DNA from: Anaerolineales bacterium | GTDB lineage: Bacteria; Chloroflexota; Anaerolineae; Anaerolineales; Villigracilaceae | Assembly: GCA_034434495.1 (NCBI GenBank) | Contig: DAOTZE010000034.1 | Coordinates: forward strand, 14,032 to 78,031 | Direction: 5' to 3' | DNA length: 64,000 nucleotides | Made by a program: the position numbers and the translations under genes | Part shown: positions 18,932-28,356 of the stretch, in pieces | Numbering within the stretch: position 1 is the first letter of the stretch | How the letters are laid out: each line of letters starts with the position of its first letter | Notes under the pieces: generated by a model | What the model saw: only the letters and a program-made list of their open reading frames with translations | What the model was told of the DNA's origin: nothing | Databases searched by the model: none

Positions 18932-19984
18932 ATGAAATTAAGCAACATGATTACAGCAGTGGATTTGCACGCTTGCGGCGAGCCGGGGCGCGTTATCACA
19001 GGCGGCGTTTTGGATGTGCCAGGCAAAACCATGTTTGAGAAGATGAAATATTTTGAAAAGCATCATGATGACATTCGTTTGCGAATGTTGCGTGAGCCGC
19101 GCGGATACCCCGCTTTGTGTTGCAATGTGATTCTTCCGCCAACCAAGCCACAAGCCGATGCGGGTTTTATCATCATGGAGCAGACGGAATATCCGCCCAT
19201 GTCTGGGACGAATACGATTTGTGTGGCGACGACGCTTCTAGAGTTGGGAATGTTGAAGATGACCGAACCAGTTACCACGTTCACGCTTGAAGCGCCTGCG
19301 GGTTTGGTCGAAATTCGCGCGGAGTGTAAAGATGGCAAAGTCACGCAGGTCACATTTAAAAACGTCCCAGCCTTTGCAGTGCATTTGGATGTAAAAGTGG
19401 AAGTCCCAAAACTTGGCACAGTAACAGTTGACGTTGCATGGGGCGGGATGTTTTATGTGATTGCAGACGCTTCGCAATTTGATTTGAAATTGACTCCTGA
19501 TGAAGGAAAAGATATTACGCGAATCACCGAGATGATAAAAACCGCTACTGCGGAGCAATATCCTGTGACGCATCCTGATAACCCAGAAATTACTGGACCC
19601 ACCATTGGTCAACTTTCTGCGCCGCCAACAAACCCAAAAGCACATCGCAAAAATGTGGTAACTGTTTCCACAGGAAAATTGGATTGGAACAAACCCTCCA
19701 CATGGACAGGCGTGATTGACCGCTCGCCTTGCGGAACAGGTACCTGCGCAAAAATGGCGGTGATGTATGCCAAAGGTGAATTAGGATTGAATCAAGATTT
19801 TTATCACGAAGGAATTTTAGGAACTTTATTTACTGGAAGATTAGTTGAAGAAACACAAGTTGGGAAATATAAAGCCGTTGTGCCAACGATTGGAGGCACG
19901 GCGTGGATTACGGGAATCAATCAATTCGTGGTTGACTCAAGTGACCCTTACCCGAACGGCTTTACGGTTGGGGATATTTGGTAA
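18932..19984 (+). CDS. Proline racemase / hydroxyproline epimerase family protein, apparent Ser/Cys dyad
   Basis: 350-aa ORF with HACGEPGRVITGG and DRSPCGTGTCAK motifs. The first catalytic position reads PPMSGTNT where canonical members have MCGH. Confidence 0.75.
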   Translation: MKLSNMITAVDLHACGEPGRVITGGVLDVPGKTMFEKMKYFEKHHDDIRLRMLREPRGYPALCCNVILPPTKPQADAGFIIMEQTEYPPMSGTNTICVATTLLELGMLKMTEPVTTFTLEAPAGLVEIRAECKDGKVTQVTFKNVPAFAVHLDVKVEVPKLGTVTVDVAWGGMFYVIADASQFDLKLTPDEGKDITRITEMIKTATAEQYPVTHPDNPEITGPTIGQLSAPPTNPKAHRKNVVTVSTGKLDWNKPSTWTGVIDRSPCGTGTCAKMAVMYAKGELGLNQDFYHEGILGTLFTGRLVEETQVGKYKAVVPTIGGTAWITGINQFVVDSSDPYPNGFTVGDIW

Positions 19985-20043
19985 TTATTAATTGAAAAGT
20001 TTGCAGACATAAGACATAACAAGTCATACACTAGAGATAAAAC

Positions 20044-20727
20044 ATGATGCTACCTGATTATTGGCTCACACGCCCAAATGCACACACAAGCGAAGAAATT
20101 CACCTTGCCTTTGATAAGTTGTTAACTTCAACTCTTAAAATTGGCGGTTGCCCAACGATTGAATACAATTTGCCTCAACCAAAATGGCAATTCCTATGTT
20201 ATCTGGCTGACTATCATAATATTGCGTTACATGGTTCAGGCAATCCGTCTATTGATTTGTTTGAGCCACGCCAATCCAACGACCTCACTGAATTTGGCAA
20301 TCAAAAAGCAGTCTATGCCGCATCCGATGGTTTATGGTCTATGTTCTTTGCTATTGTAGATCGCGACCGTGTTGGGTCAATTACCAACGCTTGTATCCGT
20401 CTTGAAGATGAAACAGGAAATATTCATGGACCGTTTTATGTTTTTTCTGTCAGTAAGTCTGCACTTCCGAATCAGCCTTGGCGGACAGGCACAGTGTATC
20501 TATTACCAAAACAAACATTCATAAATCAAGCATCTGTTCCGTTTGGTTCTAGTCAGGTACACATTGCGCAATTAGCAAGTTTTGAATCCGTTCAACCTTT
20601 GGCAAAAATTACTGTTTCACCCCATGATTTTCCATTCTTAAGTCAAATCCGCGGGCATGATGATGCACGTCTGCAAGAATATGCAACCGCGTTGCAAACA
20701 GGAAGCTCTTGGCCCAAGGATGAATAA
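20044..20727 (+). CDS. Hypothetical protein
   Basis: 227-aa ORF with no overlap with neighbouring ORFs. I recognise no family motif. Confidence 0.5.
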   Translation: MMLPDYWLTRPNAHTSEEIHLAFDKLLTSTLKIGGCPTIEYNLPQPKWQFLCYLADYHNIALHGSGNPSIDLFEPRQSNDLTEFGNQKAVYAASDGLWSMFFAIVDRDRVGSITNACIRLEDETGNIHGPFYVFSVSKSALPNQPWRTGTVYLLPKQTFINQASVPFGSSQVHIAQLASFESVQPLAKITVSPHDFPFLSQIRGHDDARLQEYATALQTGSSWPKDE

Positions 20728-20784
20728 GAAATTGAATCATTTGCCAGAAGCCAAGATGAGCGGTTAAGATTTCACAAGTTGGGA

Positions 20785-22356
20785 TTAAGTATTTCCATCC
20801 ACTAACGTAACTGTGAACTCGCTGCCCGCGTTGCTCCCTTTACTATTCGCAGAGACTTCGCCGCGATGCGCATCAACGATTGCTTTGACAATCGCTAGCC
20901 CTAGCCCATTCCCTGTATAGGTTGCGACGTTTCGCCCGCGATGAAAACGCTTGAACAAATTGGGCAAATCTTCAGGTAGGATGCCAATTCCTGTATCCGC
21001 TATTTTGATTTGGATTTTATTATCAAACGCTTGGGCAGATAAGGAAATCGTGTCATTTTTACGGGTGAACTTGATGCTGTTTTCAAGTAAATTAATCAAC
21101 GCCTGTCGGAGTTGCATTTCATCGCCTATTAATTGTATATTTTCCTCTGGCAAGTTTAAGAGGAAGATACGATTGGATTGTTCAGCCCGCGATGCAAATT
21201 GCTCGGCAATTTCGTGAAGCAATTGCGAAAGGTTGACACGTTCAAATTTCGATTGCGATTCGCTCGATTCAAGGCGAGATAAGTCTAATAAGTTTTTCAC
21301 AAGCGATTCGAGGCGTTGAGTCTGTTCGGAAGCGCGAGACAGGTAGAGGCGTAGAGATGAAGCGTTGGCTTCATTGGCGGCTAGTTCTAAATTGGTTTGT
21401 AAGGCGGTCAATGGGGTGTGTAATTCATGAGCGGCATCGGCAATGAAAGCGCGCAAGGTAGAAACAGTCCGCTCTACTTGTTCAGCCATGCCATTAAAAG
21501 AATTGGCGAGAGATAAAAATTCGCTTTGCTTTTCATTTGGTAATTGAATGCGCGTCGCAAGGTCGCCCTGTTTCATCTTTCGGGTTGCGGATTCAAGAAT
21601 CAAAACAGGCGTTGTCACTTGTTTACTGACAAACCAACCGGCAAGGGCGGCGATTGTAATAGCGAACAGGCTTGCAATTAACCATGCTAGCGCAACAGAT
21701 TCAACGACATCGGCGCCGTAGCTTGGTCCATTTGAAAACTCTAGCGTGCCCAATCGGCTTCCATCAAGCGCAGTTAGCGGAATGTCCACAATTTGTGAAG
21801 AACGGCGTAAAGTGTCGGGGTTGTGTTGGTCTGAAAATCCATATCCATAGGGAGATGGGCTAACAGATAATAAAACATCTACCCCTCCTTCGGTAGGCAA
21901 AGTAGAATGCTCAATAGTCACTCCTTGCGGAAGTAAATTTTCATCACTGCGATAAATTAAAGCGGGGGCAGAATCTGCTGGAGGGGCAGCCGGTATGGTG
22001 AACATGATTTCAGCAAAGGTTGGGACGCCTGACACTGTGAGCGTCTGATTCAACACAGGTTCGCCTGAGTTGACAATCTCATTTCCGTTTTCGTCTAATA
22101 GGCGAATTTGAGCTCGTGAAAGAAACGCTAGCCCGTTAATCTGGCGTTCTAAGTTCGATGTAGATACATCGGATTGCAACGCTTGTTCAAGAATCGGTTT
22201 TAGCGCTGTCGCATTATTCAATAAATATTCTCTTTCTTGATTCGCGTAATATTCTCTTAAAACAAGCAACATTACAGAACCAAGCGTAAGCGCCGCAAGA
22301 AATGCAATGAGAGCGTAACTTATAGGTAAACGCCAACGGATAGAATTTTGATTCAT
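20785..22356 (-). CDS. Sensor histidine kinase (TM-periplasmic-TM-HAMP-HisKA-HATPase)
   Basis: H-box AAHELHTPLTAL, N-box LLENSIKFT, G-boxes DTGIGI and GNGLGLAIV. ATG at 22356; the track start is TTG 22362. Confidence 0.85.
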   Translation of the reverse strand: MNQNSIRWRLPISYALIAFLAALTLGSVMLLVLREYYANQEREYLLNNATALKPILEQALQSDVSTSNLERQINGLAFLSRAQIRLLDENGNEIVNSGEPVLNQTLTVSGVPTFAEIMFTIPAAPPADSAPALIYRSDENLLPQGVTIEHSTLPTEGGVDVLLSVSPSPYGYGFSDQHNPDTLRRSSQIVDIPLTALDGSRLGTLEFSNGPSYGADVVESVALAWLIASLFAITIAALAGWFVSKQVTTPVLILESATRKMKQGDLATRIQLPNEKQSEFLSLANSFNGMAEQVERTVSTLRAFIADAAHELHTPLTALQTNLELAANEANASSLRLYLSRASEQTQRLESLVKNLLDLSRLESSESQSKFERVNLSQLLHEIAEQFASRAEQSNRIFLLNLPEENIQLIGDEMQLRQALINLLENSIKFTRKNDTISLSAQAFDNKIQIKIADTGIGILPEDLPNLFKRFHRGRNVATYTGNGLGLAIVKAIVDAHRGEVSANSKGSNAGSEFTVTLVDGNT

Positions 22357-22441
22357 AAACAACTCAATTCAGAGTTCGGAAGCGCAAACTTCCGAACTCT
22401 CGTTAGGACTGGCGATAATTTTATCGTCAATCTTAGTATAA

Positions 22442-23026
22442 CTAAGGGGCGTTTTTTTGCACGACCATCGGCTGAGTATAAAGAATCACGTCTGCAATGA
22501 TGCGGTCGCCGTTTTTGCGTCCCCAAACCATAATCATGCTGTTAGCGTTCAATTCATCAAGAGAACCTTCTGTTACCTTTTGTTGTAATATTGTAGGTTC
22601 GTTTGAATTGGAGGGAGGCAGCATTTCAGTGGCATCTCGATAAATGACCGTCTCATTGGTAATTAGGACTTCCACTTGAGGACCTTGTTCTACGTTTTGG
22701 CTGGTGATTTGACCTCCTTGACCGCCAGAAGACGGCGCTTCCGAGATGACAACGCCGCCCCCGCCAGAATCCATAGAAACAGTTTGAAGAGTAATGGTAT
22801 TGTCATTGCGTTCAACAAACACACCTCTGGCATCTGGTTCGGTGATAGGCAGTTCGGGCGCTGGGGTCATGTTGATTTGGATAGACATGGCATTCCCGTC
22901 GCTGCCTGGTGAAAACAAACTCACCGGGTTGACGCTGCCATTTAGCAAACTTCCGCCAATGAAAGCCGAAACAGCCACAATTAGGATAGCTACAGCAAGA
23001 GTGATATAAAGTTTTTTGTTTTGCAT
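22442..23026 (-). CDS. Hypothetical membrane-anchored/secreted protein
   Basis: 194-aa ORF with an N-terminal TM/signal anchor (LYITLAVAILIVAVSAFIGG) and a Gly/Ser-rich centre. It sits between the exporter genes and the kinase gene. Confidence 0.5.
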   Translation of the reverse strand: MQNKKLYITLAVAILIVAVSAFIGGSLLNGSVNPVSLFSPGSDGNAMSIQINMTPAPELPITEPDARGVFVERNDNTITLQTVSMDSGGGGVVISEAPSSGGQGGQITSQNVEQGPQVEVLITNETVIYRDATEMLPPSNSNEPTILQQKVTEGSLDELNANSMIMVWGRKNGDRIIADVILYTQPMVVQKNAP

Positions 23027-23104
23027 GTTTATTTCTCCTTGAATTTTATATTTAAGGGCAGGGTTTTGTTTCTAAGGATGGGTAACCTGCCTCTATCTCA
23101 TTAA

Positions 23105-24397
23105 CTATTCGTATCGTAACGCTTGAATCGGGTCGAGTTGCGAAGCGCGCAAAGCGGGGTACAACCCAAAAGCAACTCCAATTAACACAGCCACAATGAA
23201 TGCAAGCGGAATACTCCCTGGATATAACAGCGCTACGCCTTGATTTAAAGCCGCAGCCACCGGAATGGCAAGAACGCCCAATATAATCCCCGCTATACCG
23301 CCGCCAGCGCTAATCAGAATGGACTCAAGCAAGAATTGCCTCACAATATCTCTTTGTTTTGCGCCAATTGCCAGGCGAACGCCAATCTCACGAGTTCGCT
23401 CGGTGACGCTGACCAACATGACATTCATAATTCCAATTCCCCCAACAATCAAAGAAACTGTCGCCATTGCCGCAAGCAAAAGCGAAAACGTCCGCGCGGC
23501 TTCTTGTTGTTGACCGAGAATGTCATTGCGGGTGGTCATATCAAAATCATCAAGGTAATTTCCTCCTTCATCCATCTCAATTTGATGCTTTTCGCGAAGA
23601 TATGCGGCAATTTGTTCTTTGGCTTCGTCAATGAGGTTGGCATCGGTAATATGCGCAGTCATATATACAGAAGGCTCTTCATCATAGAATTCTTGAATCA
23701 TTGCGCTGATAGGCATGATTAACGCTTCATTAGGGTCAGATTGATAACGCTCTTGCACGTCGGCGCTTTCCAACTCTGCCATTACGCCAATTACTGTGCA
23801 ACGTGCGCGGTCTATCCAAATGGATTCGCCGATGGGATTATCGCCTGAAAACAAATCTAACGCAGTTTGATAACCAAGCACGCAAACCGGCGCGCCAGCA
23901 TACACTTCGTCAGCGGTAAAAAAACGTCCTTCGGCAATCAAGTCTTCAACTGAAATTGACTCGTCTCCCGTCCACTCCACAGGCTGAACGTCTCCTCCAG
24001 CTATAATTCCTTCAAGAGCATCGGCTGTTGTGCCTGTCGCATTAATTTCAATGGATGCGCGCCCAAAACGCGCCTTGATAGTTTTATTTGCAGACATTTC
24101 TACCCGCTCAACCAAAGGAACTGCCTCTAGCATTTCAAGCCCTTCTTGATACGTAAGTTTTTTACCGCTGGGGGCAAATTCGCCGTTTTGCATTTCAAAA
24201 CGTTGCCCAATTTGAATTTGATTTGCGCCAAGCGATTGAAACGTGGCGTCTACCGCAGCCCGCGCGCCATTACCCAATGCCAACATAGCAATTACAGACG
24301 CAACGCCAATCACCACTCCCAGCGCAGTTAGCGCCGCGCGAAGCTTGTTAGCCGATACGCTTCGTAGCGCAGTTCGAAGTAAATCAATGAACGACAT
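23105..24397 (-). CDS. ABC transporter permease, MacB/FtsX type
   Basis: 430-aa ORF with an N-terminal TM, a large periplasmic domain and a C-terminal FtsX-like 3-TM bundle ending DPIQALRYE. Confidence 0.85.
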   Translation of the reverse strand: MSFIDLLRTALRSVSANKLRAALTALGVVIGVASVIAMLALGNGARAAVDATFQSLGANQIQIGQRFEMQNGEFAPSGKKLTYQEGLEMLEAVPLVERVEMSANKTIKARFGRASIEINATGTTADALEGIIAGGDVQPVEWTGDESISVEDLIAEGRFFTADEVYAGAPVCVLGYQTALDLFSGDNPIGESIWIDRARCTVIGVMAELESADVQERYQSDPNEALIMPISAMIQEFYDEEPSVYMTAHITDANLIDEAKEQIAAYLREKHQIEMDEGGNYLDDFDMTTRNDILGQQQEAARTFSLLLAAMATVSLIVGGIGIMNVMLVSVTERTREIGVRLAIGAKQRDIVRQFLLESILISAGGGIAGIILGVLAIPVAAALNQGVALLYPGSIPLAFIVAVLIGVAFGLYPALRASQLDPIQALRYE

Positions 24398-25070
24398 TCA
24401 AAACTCCATCGCGCATACGGTAAATACGATTCGCGTTACGCGCCACTTGCACATCATGAGTGACCATAATAATTGTGCGACCTTCGGCATTCAGATCTTT
24501 CAGCAAGCGCATAATCTCAACGCCAGTGTTACTGTCTAGGTTTCCTGTCGGCTCATCGGCAAGAATCACAGCAGGTTGTGTTATTAGCGCACGCGCAATT
24601 GCCACACGCTGACGTTCTCCGCCGGATAACTCCATAGGGTTATGTTCAATACGATGCTCCAAATGAACCCGAGTGAGCGCTTCGCGCGCAAGAGATAGTT
24701 GCTTCTGATAGTTAAATTCTCCATGACGATACGCCAAAGGCAAAGCGACATTCTCCCAGGCTGAAAGCCGCGCTAGCAGATTAAAATTTTGAAAGATGAA
24801 ACCGATTCTCCTACCGCGCAAATCAGCCAATTCATCTCGCCGCAAAGACGAAACAGGCTTGCCTTCGAGAAAATATTCTCCCGATGTTGGGCGATCTAAC
24901 AAACCGAGCAAATTTAATAAAGTTGATTTACCGCTCCCTGAGGCGCCCATCAATGAAATGAATTCGCCTTTGTGAACCGTCAAATCCACTGCGCGCAACG
25001 CAAGGACGGGACTATCCCCCACTTGATAAGCGCGCGTAAGTTTTTCTGTGCGGATGATTGGTTCGCTCAT
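24384..25070 (-). CDS. ABC transporter ATP-binding protein (MacB/LolD-like)
   Basis: Walker A GASGSGKST, signature LSGGERQR, Walker B ILADEPT. The ATG at 25070 overlaps the upstream stop (ATGA); the longer track ORF is an N-terminal over-extension. Confidence 0.9.
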   Translation of the reverse strand: MSEPIIRTEKLTRAYQVGDSPVLALRAVDLTVHKGEFISLMGASGSGKSTLLNLLGLLDRPTSGEYFLEGKPVSSLRRDELADLRGRRIGFIFQNFNLLARLSAWENVALPLAYRHGEFNYQKQLSLAREALTRVHLEHRIEHNPMELSGGERQRVAIARALITQPAVILADEPTGNLDSNTGVEIMRLLKDLNAEGRTIIMVTHDVQVARNANRIYRMRDGVLNVVH

Positions 25071-26269
25071 CGAGTTACCACCTGTTCCCCTTCGTTCAAA
25101 CCAGAAATAATTTCCACATAAGTATCGCCGCGTAAACCGACCGTAATCTCTCTTTCCGTTTCCTGAGTTCCGTCCCACACTTTGACGATAGTTACGCTAT
25201 CCGCCGAAGCGCGCGCCACAGCGCGCGGCAAGCATAAAACATTTTCTCGTTTCGCAATGGTAATGGCAACATCAGCGGTCATGCCGTCTGCCAATCCATC
25301 AGGGATCTCATCTAACGTAATATAAATATCGTAAAGTGGGCTATCGCCGCCCTCAATGCGTTGGGGAATAATGCGAGAGACTACCCCTCGAATGGTAAGT
25401 TCAGGGCGCGCTTCAAAGAATAATTCCGCTTCTTGCCCTACTGAAACAATTGGAAAATCTTCTTCAGTGATATTCGCCTTCACTTCTAAATCTTTTGGGT
25501 CGCCAACTTTAAAGAGGGTTGTTTCAGCGTTAATCGTCACGCCAGTTTCTGCGTTTACTTCTAAAATAACGCCGTCAAATGGAGCGGTGATAGATAGGCT
25601 TTCAAGCAACGCTTTCGCGGCTTCATACTTCGCTTGGGCTAAAGCCAACTCAGAATCCGCAAGAGAAAAATCCGTTTCGCTTGGATGCCCTAAATACCAC
25701 TTAAGATTGTTTTCCATTTCGGCTAATTCTTTTTTTGCATTGGAGAGTTCATTCAACGCTATCGCCTTTGCTTCCGAACCAATTGCGTTGTTATACACAT
25801 CTTCTAACAGTTCCACTTTTTGTTTTTGCAACTTGATTTTTTGGCGATATTCTTTAATAAATTCATCCGTCGCGCGCGGATAATCTAATGCGGTTCGGTG
25901 TTTTTGTTTTTCATATAATTCTTCCTGCGCTTCAATTAACTTCAACTCCGCTTCTGATTTCGCTACTGCGTCTAAATCCGCTAGCGTTTGCCCTTTCTGA
26001 ACCGCATCGCCAGCGCGCACATAAATTTGAGAGAGCCTTCCAACGGTAGGCATATTTACATTGGCTAAACCCACATTTTCTAAATTGCCAGGCGCGGCTA
26101 CAGTTTGCTCCACATCACAACGGTTAACTGAAACCGTATCAGGCGCAGGCGTAGGTTCAGGCTGGCGCGTAGTTGCAAAGCCCAAATACCCCGCAAAAGA
26201 AACGACCAAAACCCCAACGGTAATAAAAATAATGACGGCGCGTTTATCCACAAAAAACTCCTTTGACAT
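25067..26269 (-). CDS. HlyD/MacA-family periplasmic adaptor
   Basis: N-terminal TM, a coiled-coil hairpin region (KSEAELKLIEAQEELYEKQK...), and barrel-sandwich and beta-barrel domains. The start is ATG 26269 or TTG 26314. Confidence 0.8.
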   Translation of the reverse strand: MSKEFFVDKRAVIIFITVGVLVVSFAGYLGFATTRQPEPTPAPDTVSVNRCDVEQTVAAPGNLENVGLANVNMPTVGRLSQIYVRAGDAVQKGQTLADLDAVAKSEAELKLIEAQEELYEKQKHRTALDYPRATDEFIKEYRQKIKLQKQKVELLEDVYNNAIGSEAKAIALNELSNAKKELAEMENNLKWYLGHPSETDFSLADSELALAQAKYEAAKALLESLSITAPFDGVILEVNAETGVTINAETTLFKVGDPKDLEVKANITEEDFPIVSVGQEAELFFEARPELTIRGVVSRIIPQRIEGGDSPLYDIYITLDEIPDGLADGMTADVAITIAKRENVLCLPRAVARASADSVTIVKVWDGTQETEREITVGLRGDTYVEIISGLNEGEQVVTR

Positions 26270-26386
26270 GTTGAAGGCAACCAATGCGCTGGCAAACTTA
26301 AAAAATACAGACAAGGGATTGCCTTGTCTGTAAGTTTATTGGCGTAAGATTTCAACCAGATTATGATGCGATTAAGATTCTGTAAT

Positions 26387-27082
26387 CTACCCCACCAAAC
26401 GATAACCAATTCCTGGCACAGTCAAAATAATAGACGGTTCTTCCGGTTGCAATTCGATTTTTTCGCGCAAGCGCCGAATATGCACATTAACAGATTTTTC
26501 GCTTTCCAAGTCTGGCGCATACCCCCACACCGCTTCTACAATTTGGGCGCGCGTCACTGCTTGCCCGCGATGGCGCGCCAAATAACTTAACAAACGAAAT
26601 TCAATTGGCGTTAATGAGATAAAAGCGTCGCCGCGCCTTACCTGACCAGTCGTCGAATCTAAAACTAAATCCGCGATTACAACTGACGCCGAATCGACTA
26701 AAGCGTAATCGCCATAATTCCTTCTTAACTGAGCGCGAACCCTTGAAATTAATTCGCGCAAACTAAACGGCTTAGTAACATAATCATCTGCGCCCACTTC
26801 TAAGCCAACTACCTTATCAATTTCTTCGCCTTGCGCCGTCAACATAATAATCGGCTGCTTAATTCCGAGCGAACGCATTTGCTTGCAAAAATCAAACCCA
26901 GAGCCGTCAGGCAAGCGAATATCCAAAAGAATTAAATGCGGGGAATATTTTTTAACAAATTCAATTCCGCTTTCGCCTGTTGTGCATAGACTTGGCTCAA
27001 AGCCATGTGTACGAAAACCATCTAGCAGACTTTGTCCAATTGCCGGGTCATCTTCAATCAATAAAATTCTATAAATTGCCAT
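26387..27082 (-). CDS. OmpR-family response regulator
   Basis: REC domain (LLIEDD, LLDIRLPDGSG, MLTA) plus a winged-helix output domain (LTPIEFRLLSYLARH, TVPGIGYRL). Confidence 0.9.
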   Translation of the reverse strand: MAIYRILLIEDDPAIGQSLLDGFRTHGFEPSLCTTGESGIEFVKKYSPHLILLDIRLPDGSGFDFCKQMRSLGIKQPIIMLTAQGEEIDKVVGLEVGADDYVTKPFSLRELISRVRAQLRRNYGDYALVDSASVVIADLVLDSTTGQVRRGDAFISLTPIEFRLLSYLARHRGQAVTRAQIVEAVWGYAPDLESEKSVNVHIRRLREKIELQPEEPSIILTVPGIGYRLVG

Positions 27083-27083
27083 C

Positions 27084-28328
27084 TTATATCAACATCACTT
27101 CTACAATTTCACCAGCCGATAAACCTGTTGCGTCCGCATGAATTTTTAACAAGCCATCTGCGGAAGCTAGCGAAAAAATTAAATTACTTTTTCCAAATAT
27201 AGGAATAGCCTCATATCTAACCGCTGACGACTGACCGCTAACCGTCAACTTCACCGGAAACCAATCTTCTCTGCCCGCTTGCGACGATAAATTTACAGTC
27301 AAAGTCGCTCGCACGCTGGCTTTTGGTTTTGGCGTTACGCCTAATAATTTTTCAATCACTGGCGCCACAAATAAATATCCGTTCACCAATGCGCTCACAG
27401 GGTTGCCGGGCAAGCCAATTACCGCTTTGCCGTTGCACACGCCTAAAATGGTTGGCTTGCCGGGGCGCGTGTTAATGCCATGCACTAAAACGCCCGGGCT
27501 TCCTAATTGATTTATTACTTCAGCGGTCATATCTCGTGTGGAAGCAGATGACCCCGCCGTGATGATTACCGCATCGCATTCCGATAGCGCTTTTAGCGCC
27601 GCCTCTTTCAACGCCTCAAATTGGTCGCTGATAATTCCGTATCGTTTTGCTTCGCCTCCATATTTTTGAATTAATGCAGACAGCGTATATGAGTTCACAT
27701 CTCGCACTTGCCCTATGTTGGGGGTTTGACTTGGTTCAACTACTTCATCGCCTGTTGATATAACTCCAACTTTTACTAAATTGGCTACGCGCAAAGATAA
27801 AATCCCCAATGCCGTTAAGCCGCCAATTTCAGCGGGGCGAATTAATGTGCCTTTGGGAAGCGCCAATTGGTTTTGGGCAATATCTTCTCCCATGCGAATC
27901 ACATTTTCCCCGTCTGCAACAGATTTGAAAATTTCAATTTCATTCCTTTGTGCAATTTGGGTATATTCCAGCATCACCGCCGCATCGGCGCCATTGGGCA
28001 ACATGCCGCCTGTATGAATCAATGCACATTGACCTGATTTAATTTCAAAGGCTGGCGCCTCGCCCATTGGAACTTCGCCAATTAAGTTTAAGTAAGCTGG
28101 CAATGAGTCGGTTGCGCCAAATGTGTCTTTTGATTTAACAGCGTACCCATCTACGGCGCTGCGTGAAAACTGAGGCAATGGGTGCGGCGCAAAAATATCT
28201 TGCGCGGTCACCCTGCCTAACGATGAAGCGACGGCGACAGTTTCAGAAGCCACTATCCCCGAAGAAAGATGCGAAAGAAGTTTTTGTCGGGCGGCGTCGG
28301 GCGGGAGTAAAGTCAAAAATTCAGGCAT
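27084..28328 (-). CDS. moeA: Molybdopterin molybdotransferase
   Basis: 414-aa ORF with the MoeA domain order and ISTGDEV, ITAGSSAS and LPGNPVSA motifs. Confidence 0.85.
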   Translation of the reverse strand: MPEFLTLLPPDAARQKLLSHLSSGIVASETVAVASSLGRVTAQDIFAPHPLPQFSRSAVDGYAVKSKDTFGATDSLPAYLNLIGEVPMGEAPAFEIKSGQCALIHTGGMLPNGADAAVMLEYTQIAQRNEIEIFKSVADGENVIRMGEDIAQNQLALPKGTLIRPAEIGGLTALGILSLRVANLVKVGVISTGDEVVEPSQTPNIGQVRDVNSYTLSALIQKYGGEAKRYGIISDQFEALKEAALKALSECDAVIITAGSSASTRDMTAEVINQLGSPGVLVHGINTRPGKPTILGVCNGKAVIGLPGNPVSALVNGYLFVAPVIEKLLGVTPKPKASVRATLTVNLSSQAGREDWFPVKLTVSGQSSAVRYEAIPIFGKSNLIFSLASADGLLKIHADATGLSAGEIVEVMLI

Positions 28329-28356
28329 AGAAAAAATCGCAATTTGTAAATTGTAA

